From NCBI GenBank assembly GCA_964535835.1, contig CAZHUZ010000001.1:53800-110966 (forward strand): DNA of 57,167 bases, in the 5' to 3' direction. Below the pieces are notes generated by a model. That model searched no databases. It was not told the DNA's origin and saw only the letters and a list, made by a program, of their open reading frames with translations. The translations under genes and the position numbers were made by a program. Origin of the DNA: an uncultured Candidatus Saccharibacteria bacterium (GTDB taxonomy: Bacteria; Patescibacteriota; Saccharimonadia; Saccharimonadales; Saccharimonadaceae). Shown one piece after another: positions 38,298 to 46,847 of the stretch. Position 1 is the stretch's first letter. Every line of letters starts with the position of its first letter.

Positions 38298-38969
38298 ATG
38301 CGAAGATTTAAATACTATGACCTCATACTTGCGCTATTTGCTGCAGTACTATTGATATCAAACATATCCGCAACAAAAGTGGTGTCGTTTGGACCTATCA
38401 TCACCGATGGCGGTGCCGTGCTCTTCCCGATCATCTACATACTAGGTGATATACTGACAGAAGTGTATGGCTACAAGCATGCTCGTCGTGCAATATGGAT
38501 GGGATTTATTATCATGCTACTTGGAGTCGTCGTGTTTACTATTGTGCGGTATATGCCGCCGGCATCTGTATACACAGATCAAGCAGCGTTTGAAGCTGTC
38601 TTAGGATTTTTCCCGCGTATCGTGGCCGCCAGTCTCGTTGCCTATCTCGTCGGAGAATTCACTAACTCGTACATTCTCGCTCGTCTCAAAGTAAAGTCCA
38701 AAGGCAAGCATCTGTGGCAACGCCTGATGGCGTCATCAGTCCTCGGTGAACTATTTGATACAACGATATTTGCCTTTATCGCTTTCGGCGGAATTATCGT
38801 CGGCTGGGAAATGGTCATCTACATCCTCGTCGGCTGGGCGTTTAAGACCGGCGTCGAATTTCTCTTTTTACCCGTCACCTATCGCATCATCAACTTTCTC
38901 AAACGGTCAGAAAATATCGATCACTACGATCGCAAGACGGATTTCTCGCCATTTCATTTCAGTGCTTGA
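38298..38969 (+). CDS. yhhQ: queuosine-precursor transporter (YhhQ/VUT family, DUF165)
   Basis: Multi-TM protein with FPIIYILGDILTEVYGY and TTIFAFIAF motifs. The start could be 38283 or 38298. Convergent 16-nt overlap with tgt. Confidence 0.75.
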   Translation: MRRFKYYDLILALFAAVLLISNISATKVVSFGPIITDGGAVLFPIIYILGDILTEVYGYKHARRAIWMGFIIMLLGVVVFTIVRYMPPASVYTDQAAFEAVLGFFPRIVAASLVAYLVGEFTNSYILARLKVKSKGKHLWQRLMASSVLGELFDTTIFAFIAFGGIIVGWEMVIYILVGWAFKTGVEFLFLPVTYRIINFLKRSENIDHYDRKTDFSPFHFSA

Positions 38970-40156
38970 GCACGATATCGTTCGAGCATCAACTGTTTAT
39001 ACTCGGCAAATTCCCCGCGCTCAATTGACTCACGGATATTGTCAACTAATCGCAGGATAAAGTGCTCATTGTGATATGACGCAAGCGTCGCTGCGAGCAT
39101 TTCTTTAGAGCGAAAAAGATGATGAATGTAGGCTTTTGTATAAGTTTTGCATACATGACATGTACAATCGTCCTGAAGTGGCGAGAAATCTTCACGGTAT
39201 TTGGCTGCTTTGAGATTATACCGACCATCGAGTGTATAGATAGCGCCATTGCGCGCTTCTCGTGTTGGAGCAACACAGTCAAAGGTATCCGCACCCGCTT
39301 CGACTCCAGCAAAAATATCAGATGGCTCACTGATGCCGAGGAGATGTCGTGGCTTGTCTTCGGGCAACTCCTCGCACACCCAGCGGACGATCTCACCGAG
39401 ACGTGATTTTTCGATTGCACCACCGATACCAAACCCATCGAATTCCATCGCTCCCAAATACTGCGCGGTCTCACGCCGCAACTCCTCGATATTGGCGCCC
39501 TGCAACACACCAAAAAGTGCTTGATAGGGCCGGTCGAGATTATCATTTTGTAATTTACGAAAATGCTCAAGCGAACGATGCGCCCAACGATGCGTACGAT
39601 CAAGTGCCTCACGATGATAGGATGGTTTATCCGCAAGTGACGTCAATTCATCAAACGCAAAGCAAATGTCAGCACCGAGTCCATGCTGTATCTCCATTGA
39701 AACTTCTGGCGTAAATCGATGGATAGCTCCATCACGATGAGATTTGAATGTCACACCGTCTTCATCGACAAAGGCTTTTCGGGTGCTTTTTTCGGCGATC
39801 GTGGCTTCGTCACTCACCATAGAAACAACTTTTTTATAGCCACTACCGAGTGACAGTACTTGAAACCCACCCGAATCGGTATAGGTCGGACCACCCCACG
39901 ACATAAATTTGCTCACTCCTCCTGCTTTTTCGACGAGCGCAGGACCAGGTTGTACAAAAAGGTGGTATGCATTGGCAAGTACGGCTTGTGCTCCGAGACT
40001 ATGCATCATATCAACCGTGAGCGCTTTCATAGCAGCTTTGGTACCAACGGGTATAAATGCCGGTGTCTGTATATCGCCATGAGGTGTATGGATAGTACCT
40101 GTGCGCGCAAGCGAATTACTATCGCGGTGTTTGATATCAAACGAAAATGTCTTCAT
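38954..40156 (-). CDS. tgt: tRNA-guanine transglycosylase (queuine tRNA-ribosyltransferase)
   Basis: TPAFIPVGT, DSGGFQV and GIGGA motifs, plus a C-terminal zinc site CTCHVC...H. Confidence 0.95.
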   Translation of the reverse strand: MKTFSFDIKHRDSNSLARTGTIHTPHGDIQTPAFIPVGTKAAMKALTVDMMHSLGAQAVLANAYHLFVQPGPALVEKAGGVSKFMSWGGPTYTDSGGFQVLSLGSGYKKVVSMVSDEATIAEKSTRKAFVDEDGVTFKSHRDGAIHRFTPEVSMEIQHGLGADICFAFDELTSLADKPSYHREALDRTHRWAHRSLEHFRKLQNDNLDRPYQALFGVLQGANIEELRRETAQYLGAMEFDGFGIGGAIEKSRLGEIVRWVCEELPEDKPRHLLGISEPSDIFAGVEAGADTFDCVAPTREARNGAIYTLDGRYNLKAAKYREDFSPLQDDCTCHVCKTYTKAYIHHLFRSKEMLAATLASYHNEHFILRLVDNIRESIERGEFAEYKQLMLERYRAQALK

Positions 40157-40197
40157 GCTTGATCGATTATACTACTGTTGCGCGATAATTGTTTGTA

Positions 40198-40707
40198 TCA
40201 TTCCTCGGCGTCGAGCTCGAATCGATATGCGATGGCGGCGCCGTAGACGGCGTAATAGGCGAGGTGTCCATGATAGCGACCTGCACTCTTGCTGACAACT
40301 TCTGCGGCACGAGGTGTTTCAGACAAAAATCTCTCGTAAGCTTCTTGTTGGTATTTGATAAGCTGATAATCCCCGTGTACCGTTGCCAGAGCAGCTCCGT
40401 TGGTGTTGACCGTGAAAAAATCACCTTGACCTTCGTCTCCGACAAGTGCCGCAATTGTTTCATATGAGCTAACACCTAGATTGATAGCACTGATTTTATT
40501 GTGCTCTCCATCAAATACCCGTGAATTGCCCGCCATAATCGCTCGATGTCCGACACTAAATACATATGATACTTCCTCAGCCGACTGATGACCACGATAC
40601 ACGATCATAGCATTTGCGAGCATGAGCTCCAGCATGTCAGCATTGCTATCGGTCAGATCCTCACGAGGAAAATCAGGTTGTGGCTGGAGGGTGACGAAAT
40701 CTGACAT
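40198..40707 (-). CDS. hypothetical acidic protein
   Basis: 169-aa intact ORF with ATG start, locally G+C-rich. No motif recognised. Confidence 0.45.
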   Translation of the reverse strand: MSDFVTLQPQPDFPREDLTDSNADMLELMLANAMIVYRGHQSAEEVSYVFSVGHRAIMAGNSRVFDGEHNKISAINLGVSSYETIAALVGDEGQGDFFTVNTNGAALATVHGDYQLIKYQQEAYERFLSETPRAAEVVSKSAGRYHGHLAYYAVYGAAIAYRFELDAEE

Positions 40708-40775
40708 AATGCGAGATTATACTCCAGAAGCCGCCCCTCTATCAAACATGAGCATCAACCGTCAGTATTGGGTGC

Positions 40776-41387
40776 TTAACTATCCATATATCTTTCGGCT
40801 GCCTCACCCATGGTCGTGAGTGCCGTCATCAAACCTCGAAAATATGATAATTCACTATCGGCGCTATCGGGCTGATCAGCGTACATTGCTTCGCCAATCA
40901 AGAGCATCTCTACCAAACCATCATCGTTAATGTTTTGTTTATCAATTGCCTCACAATGCGCATCAACGAAATCGAGGACGGCATAATGATATGATCGATC
41001 GTCATAAACGTCGTTATCGATAGTAAAATTCATTACTGAACCTTTTAGTAATGCCCTCATATCGGGAGGCGCTAAGGGTATCATCGCATCAATTGCTACG
41101 ACTGCTCCTGACAAAAACGCCAGCGAAGCACGTTGCGAATCGTCGGTCGCAAGATAGTCGCAACCTCCAGCAACCTGGCGAATAGAATGTAGTCTGCCAT
41201 AGTACTGCGCGAAGACATGAATGGATTTAAATAGCGGAAGACTACCATAGATCTTGAACGCTTCGCGTTGAATACGTGCGCGTAACTCAACCGGAGATGC
41301 CGTCGTCTCATACAAACTGAGGACACGCTCTGCAGGGTCTATGTACCATTCTCCATGCTCTCTGGTAGGATACATTTGACTACTCAT
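40776..41387 (-). CDS. hypothetical acidic protein
   Basis: The track ORF starts at GTG 41471 and would overlap the divergent gene. The ATG at 41387 (MSSQMYPT) is preferred, giving about 203 aa. No motif recognised. Confidence 0.45.
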   Translation of the reverse strand: MSSQMYPTREHGEWYIDPAERVLSLYETTASPVELRARIQREAFKIYGSLPLFKSIHVFAQYYGRLHSIRQVAGGCDYLATDDSQRASLAFLSGAVVAIDAMIPLAPPDMRALLKGSVMNFTIDNDVYDDRSYHYAVLDFVDAHCEAIDKQNINDDGLVEMLLIGEAMYADQPDSADSELSYFRGLMTALTTMGEAAERYMDS

Positions 41388-41446
41388 ATCAAGACAGTAA
41401 TATATAATGTCCTTTATCGCAAGCGTATTAGTGCTATGATAAAGAC

Positions 41447-42922
41447 ATGGAGAGTACACTTCATTTACCACTGATCATTGTAATACTTCATCTCATAAAC
41501 CTCTTTTGTCTGATAATCCTGATTCGTAGCGGTATACAGATACTCTACGATCACCCAAAACTCTACTGGACCGATCACACAAGTGATGAAAACTGGTGGA
41601 TACGATTTGGTAAAAAGATCATGCCAAAAGATCGTCTCTGGACGGCACGTGACGAAGCCGAAGCACCACCAAAAGCATTGCTCGCCCTGCCAGGCAAAGA
41701 CGAAGCACTAGGCGCCGGACGACACTGGCACTTCGCTACAGCAGTTATCTGGGTACTGTCCGGACTGCTCTATATCGGGTATCTCGTCATTAGTGGTCAA
41801 TGGAGTCGCGTCATCCCGACAGATGTAAATGTTTTTTCTGATGCTATCACCGTACTCGGCAATTACCTCAGCCTGCACATCCTTGAGGAAGGCGCTCACT
41901 ACAATGCACTTCAGCAACTCAGCTACGGATTTGTCATTTTTATCCTTGCGCCACTCCAGATATTGACGGGACTCGCTATGTCGCCAGCATTCATCGGAAA
42001 ATACCAAGGCTTCCTAAAAATCTTTGGCAATAGTCGCCAAGTTGCGCGAAGTCTGCATTTTATCGGCATGATCGTCTTCTCGCTCTTCATCCTCGTGCAT
42101 GTCACGATGACGATTGGTTTTCATTTCTACACCAGTATCAAACGCTTTATGACCGGCTCAACTGATATTGATTTTGCAACTGCACTGACTGGATTTTTGA
42201 TGGTAATGATACTGCTTGTAGCGTTTAACATATGGGCAACCGTCATCACAGTCCGCAACCCGATAAAACTTCGTAGTGATTTGGTAAAGTTCTACGCCCC
42301 GATAATTCACCTACTATTTGGACGCATGAAATCAAGCCAAAAATACACCAAAAAAGACATCTCTCCGTTTTTCCGTGTAAATGGCTACCCGCCAAAAACC
42401 GAGGAATACAAAAAACACTATGAAAATGATTTCAAAGACTGGCATCTCACCGTTGGCGGTATGGTAGAAACACCTCTCAAATTGTCACTCGCAGAGATAA
42501 AATCCATGCACAAACAAACGCAGATCACCAAGCACAACTGTATCCAAGGCTGGTCAGGTGTTGCCGAGTGGGCGGGCGTGCCGATGCGTGACATCCTAAA
42601 ACTGTGTAAACCAACAAAAGCCGCAAAATACGTCGTCTTCCACTGTTACGACGTCTATGGTGATGGCTTTCCGTACTATGCAAGCCTTCGTACGAGCGAT
42701 ATGCGCGACAAACAAACCATACTCGCCTATGAAATGAATGGCGAAAAACTACCGCTCAACCACGGCGCACCGATCCGTCTACGAGTGGAGAAAAAGACTG
42801 GCTATAAAATGGCGAAATGGGTACACACAATCGAGTTTACCGACGACTACACCAAGACAGGTCGCGGACGTGGTGGCTACCGCGAAGACACACTACTATT
42901 TGACTGGGAAGCATCTATCTAG
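41447..42922 (+). CDS. molybdopterin-dependent oxidoreductase (sulfite-oxidase/YedY-MsrP fold) fused to an N-terminal multi-TM b-type-cytochrome-like domain
   Basis: 491 aa. About 5 TM helices in the first 300 aa. The C-terminal domain has HNCIQGWSGVAEWAGVPMRDIL and NHGAPIRLRVEKKTGYKMAKWV, typical of the Oxidored_molyb fold. Confidence 0.7.
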   Translation: MESTLHLPLIIVILHLINLFCLIILIRSGIQILYDHPKLYWTDHTSDENWWIRFGKKIMPKDRLWTARDEAEAPPKALLALPGKDEALGAGRHWHFATAVIWVLSGLLYIGYLVISGQWSRVIPTDVNVFSDAITVLGNYLSLHILEEGAHYNALQQLSYGFVIFILAPLQILTGLAMSPAFIGKYQGFLKIFGNSRQVARSLHFIGMIVFSLFILVHVTMTIGFHFYTSIKRFMTGSTDIDFATALTGFLMVMILLVAFNIWATVITVRNPIKLRSDLVKFYAPIIHLLFGRMKSSQKYTKKDISPFFRVNGYPPKTEEYKKHYENDFKDWHLTVGGMVETPLKLSLAEIKSMHKQTQITKHNCIQGWSGVAEWAGVPMRDILKLCKPTKAAKYVVFHCYDVYGDGFPYYASLRTSDMRDKQTILAYEMNGEKLPLNHGAPIRLRVEKKTGYKMAKWVHTIEFTDDYTKTGRGRGGYREDTLLFDWEASI

Positions 42923-42934
42923 TAAATCAAAAAC

Positions 42935-44125
42935 ATGAAAAAAGTATCGGCTTCGGGAAAATATTGGGCATTATTTTTAGCGACGCTCGGGCTGGTGGTA
43001 AATTTCTGGGCATGGTCACTACTAAGTCCACTCGGTACGCAACTGGCCAAAGAGCTCGTTATTAGTCCTACGCAGTTGTCACTCCTACTCGCGATGCCCG
43101 TTATCATCGGTGCGCTCGGTCGAATAGCTCTCGGTATTCTCACCGACAAACTAGGAGGTCGCTATACTTTTGCACTCGTTTGTTTTTTGACTGCACTCCC
43201 CGTCATCGGTCTTTGCATGACGCACTCGTACATCAGCCTCCTGCTCGTTGCGACACTACTCGGTATCGGCGGTGCTTCGTTCGTTGTCGGTATACCGTTT
43301 TTGAGCGATTGGTTTCCTGTCGAAAAAAGAGGATTGATAATCGGTATCTACAGCATGGGCAACGCTGGTACCGCACTATCGGGATTTCTAACGCCTCGAC
43401 TCGATGAACTATTGGGTCGTCAGCAAACATTTTTGCTAGTGGCAGCATTGCTCATAATCCTCGCTATTGTATTTTTACTATTCGGCAGAAATGCACCAGG
43501 CTGGAAACCACCTAAGACTTCATCGCTCACGCGGATAAAAAAAGCGGTAACTTTCCCGCTCACACGTGATATCTCCATGGTATACATCGTGACCTTTGGC
43601 GCATTTGTCGCTTTTGGCGTCTACCTGCCAGTCCTTTTAAGGATTGCCTACGGCCTATCACTGACCGACGCCGCCACGCGTGCAGCGGGATTTGTACTCA
43701 TCGCAACACTTGCACGTCCCATCGGAGGCTGGCTCGGAGATAAAATTGGTGGCCGCCTCGTAATCCAACTGTCACTTATCGCTATCGTCATACTCGCTTG
43801 CTTTACGGCGTTTCAATCAACGCTGGCGATAGAGACGACAATCGCTTATCTGACGCTTGCCTTTACACTCGGTTGTGCCAACGGAGCTAGTTTTGCACTT
43901 GTCGGTAAACTAACAAAACCGGAAATTATGGGAAGCGTCACTGGTGTTATTGGCGCCGCTGGTGGCCTTGGTGGTTTTTTGCCGCCTATTATCCTCGGTA
44001 TTACGCATCAGCAAACACACTCCTACACACCGGCACTCTTCATGCTTGCAGTCAGTGCGCTCATTGTTCTTGTGTATATCAGTATTCGTTTTCGAGACCG
44101 TAAGGTCTATCATATGTTTCGATGA
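42935..44125 (+). CDS. MFS transporter, NarK/nitrate-nitrite-porter-like
   Basis: 12 predicted TM helices. N-terminal region FWAWSLLSPLG...GALGRIALGILTDKLGGRY resembles the NNP family. Confidence 0.7.
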   Translation: MKKVSASGKYWALFLATLGLVVNFWAWSLLSPLGTQLAKELVISPTQLSLLLAMPVIIGALGRIALGILTDKLGGRYTFALVCFLTALPVIGLCMTHSYISLLLVATLLGIGGASFVVGIPFLSDWFPVEKRGLIIGIYSMGNAGTALSGFLTPRLDELLGRQQTFLLVAALLIILAIVFLLFGRNAPGWKPPKTSSLTRIKKAVTFPLTRDISMVYIVTFGAFVAFGVYLPVLLRIAYGLSLTDAATRAAGFVLIATLARPIGGWLGDKIGGRLVIQLSLIAIVILACFTAFQSTLAIETTIAYLTLAFTLGCANGASFALVGKLTKPEIMGSVTGVIGAAGGLGGFLPPIILGITHQQTHSYTPALFMLAVSALIVLVYISIRFRDRKVYHMFR

Positions 44126-44138
44126 TGGATCGGAATTC

Positions 44139-46718
44139 CTATACTCGCTCTGCACTAAAATCTTTGTGCGCCTGATCAGCGATAGCATCCATCAGCGTAG
44201 TGACGTCTTTGTCAGTAAGCGTACGCTCATAACTCGCTATGGCGAGACGAAGCGTGATCGTCTTGTGATCGCTATCGGCATCGGCCCGATAAATACTGAG
44301 GGGCGATAGCGCGTAATCAATCGCACCAATATCACTTGTTTCGATAACGTGCTTGGCGCTATCAACTACTTGCTCGTATAAAACATCATTGCCAACACGC
44401 AGCGATATGTCCTGTGTCACACGTGGATAGCGGGAGAGTGGTTTGTAGCTATTTGTCGCAGCGCTATGTGCATCGAGCAGGCCTTTTAGATCAAGTGAAA
44501 ATGCGGCCGTGTACTGCGGCATTTTAAAGCTACGTAGTACAGACTGTTTCAGCTCACCAATCATACCGATAAATTCACCACCTCTACTCATCACCATCGC
44601 AGAACGCGTTTGATCAAATGGAGCCGTGATCGGAAAATCAAGTGGTTCTTTGATCGGCTCAAATTTGAGTGAAAAGCCTAAGTCACGAGCCAGCTGATCG
44701 ATGAGTCGGCGGATGTGATAATACGCTGCACCATCGCGAGATTTTTTGCTAGCGTACACGCCATCGACAAATTCAATCTCGCTCGGGAGACCTTCGTCGT
44801 CATCAGCATGATATTTTTTATTGTGACCTTTCCCTACCTCGTAGAGAGTAAATTCATCATGACCTGATTTGATGTTGGCATTCACACGGTCAAGCAAACT
44901 TGGTAGCACTGAAAGTCGATAATATTGCAGATCTGGACTAAGTGCATTGCTAAGGCGAAATGCCTGTGAGATGTCTTGCTCGGCGCGTTGCATCGTCTTT
45001 TCATGCACGAAACTATAGGTCAAAACTTCATTGGCGCCACTACGTGATAGGCTCTCACGCACTAAACGCTTAATCTCGATCGATGGATTTTTAGCAGGCG
45101 GAGTGATGGTACGACGTGGCAACTCGCGTGGTAATTTGTCGAAACCATATAGTCGACCAATCTCCTCGACAACGTCCTCAGGATCGACAATATCAGTACG
45201 CCAAAATGGGATATTTACATGTAGATCATCATTGTTGTCAGTTTTGTCTTCGGGATTCCAGCCGCAATCCTCGCAGAGTGGAAACTCAACATTACCAATC
45301 AGCTGCACCATATCGTATTTGCTCATATCGAGACCGAGACGATTGCGGATAAAGTCAGGTTTGATTGTAAGCGGTGGATGAAGTTCGTTTGTCTCTATCG
45401 CAGTATTGAGGTTGATCGCATGTTCATCATAGATATCACTCGCTTGTTCACCACCGGCAACATCGATGACCGATGCCATCGTCACTGCCAGTACGGCAGG
45501 GTTTTGCAGTGGGGATTGCCCTTTATTGAACCGCGTCAATGCATCAGTGAATAGTCCATGCCGCATACTGCTACGACGGACGGCGTACATATCAAAGTTT
45601 GCGACTTCGATCACGATGTTTTTGGTCGTGTCACTTACTTCACTATCACCACCACCCATGATACCGGCAAGACCAACCGGACCTTCGCCATCGACAATGA
45701 CGATATCGCTCTCATCGAGTTCATAAGTCTTGTCATTGAGCAAACGAATTTTCTCACCTTTTTTAGCAAGCCGTGTTCCCAAATATTTACCGCGAAGCTT
45801 GTCATAATCATAGGAATGTGTTGGCTGCGCGGTCAGCAACATGACGTAGTTTGTCACGTCGACGATATTGTTTATCGGTTTACCGCCAAGTGCAATAAGT
45901 GCAGTCTGCAGCCACATGGGACTCTTTTTGACTGTCACGTCTCGCACAGCAACTGCCATAAACCGCGGCACAACGTCACTTGCTTCGTTGCTAACTGTAA
46001 GTTCTAGATCCTCTTTATTCTTCTTTCTTCCCTCTTCATTCTTCCCCGCGTACCACTCAGGAGACGCAAACTGCATACCTTGTATACCAGCGATCTCACG
46101 CGCTACACCGAGCTGTCCAAAGAGATCAGGGCGATGCGTAAACATCTTGTTTTCGATGTCGATGATCGTATCATCCAGCCCAAAGGTTTTAGCAAAGCTT
46201 AGTCCTGCCTCTAATTTTTTGACGGAACCAAATGGGGACAAATCGTCATCTGTTAATTCTATGATCCCAGCGTGATCAGTGCCAATACCTAACTCGTCAG
46301 CAGCGGCAAGCATACCATGACTTTTGACGCCGCGAAGTTCACGTACATCGAGTACAAATGGATCTTTGTCGTCATAACTAGCAGGTACTGTCGATCCGGG
46401 AGGTAGCCATATCGCCCACATGTCTGCATGAACATTTGACGCACCGCAGACAACCTCTACGAGATTGGCGGAATCTGGAATAACGAATTTAGAATAGAGC
46501 GAATTGTCACCGATAGCTATCTTGCAAACTGACAGTTTATCGGCATCGGGATGCTTCTCGCATTTGACGACGCGAACAATCAACGCATCTTTGTATTTGT
46601 CAGCAAGATCAATTACCTGCTCGACACCGCCTAGCTGTTTATTTATCTTCGTCACCAACTCATCAACTGGCAGATCGACTGTCGTAAATTGTTTGATTGT
46701 GTTTAGGCTAACTCTCAT
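44139..46718 (-). CDS. pheT: phenylalanine--tRNA ligase beta subunit
   Basis: 859 aa. N-terminal tRNA-binding (OB) domain with CEKHPDADKL, B3/4 and B5 regions, and a C-terminal FDX-ACB-like end. Confidence 0.95.
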   Translation of the reverse strand: MRVSLNTIKQFTTVDLPVDELVTKINKQLGGVEQVIDLADKYKDALIVRVVKCEKHPDADKLSVCKIAIGDNSLYSKFVIPDSANLVEVVCGASNVHADMWAIWLPPGSTVPASYDDKDPFVLDVRELRGVKSHGMLAAADELGIGTDHAGIIELTDDDLSPFGSVKKLEAGLSFAKTFGLDDTIIDIENKMFTHRPDLFGQLGVAREIAGIQGMQFASPEWYAGKNEEGRKKNKEDLELTVSNEASDVVPRFMAVAVRDVTVKKSPMWLQTALIALGGKPINNIVDVTNYVMLLTAQPTHSYDYDKLRGKYLGTRLAKKGEKIRLLNDKTYELDESDIVIVDGEGPVGLAGIMGGGDSEVSDTTKNIVIEVANFDMYAVRRSSMRHGLFTDALTRFNKGQSPLQNPAVLAVTMASVIDVAGGEQASDIYDEHAINLNTAIETNELHPPLTIKPDFIRNRLGLDMSKYDMVQLIGNVEFPLCEDCGWNPEDKTDNNDDLHVNIPFWRTDIVDPEDVVEEIGRLYGFDKLPRELPRRTITPPAKNPSIEIKRLVRESLSRSGANEVLTYSFVHEKTMQRAEQDISQAFRLSNALSPDLQYYRLSVLPSLLDRVNANIKSGHDEFTLYEVGKGHNKKYHADDDEGLPSEIEFVDGVYASKKSRDGAAYYHIRRLIDQLARDLGFSLKFEPIKEPLDFPITAPFDQTRSAMVMSRGGEFIGMIGELKQSVLRSFKMPQYTAAFSLDLKGLLDAHSAATNSYKPLSRYPRVTQDISLRVGNDVLYEQVVDSAKHVIETSDIGAIDYALSPLSIYRADADSDHKTITLRLAIASYERTLTDKDVTTLMDAIADQAHKDFSAERV

Positions 46719-46765
46719 ACTAAAGCTCCCGACGGAAGAATAATGAATGAAGAATAATGAATCAT
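46715..46765 (-). other. candidate 16-codon upstream ORF (MIHYSSFIILPSGALV) translationally coupled to pheT
   Basis: ATG 46765 is preceded by AAAGGAGAG at 5-nt spacing. Its TGA stop overlaps the pheT ATG (ATGA). Its coding sequence is the 14-nt tandem repeat. Confidence 0.25.
46735..46762. repeat. perfect tandem duplication of a 14-mer (GAAGAATAATGAAT x2) in the pheS-pheT spacer
   Basis: Read directly from the sequence. An imperfect inverted copy lies at 46816-46840 (ATTCATCATTCTATATTCTTCATTC). Confidence 0.9.
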
Positions 46766-46847
46766 AATCTCTCCTTTGACGTCTTAATCAAACCGACTAA
46801 TAATTTCTCATATATATTCATCATTCTATATTCTTCATTCTAGATAG

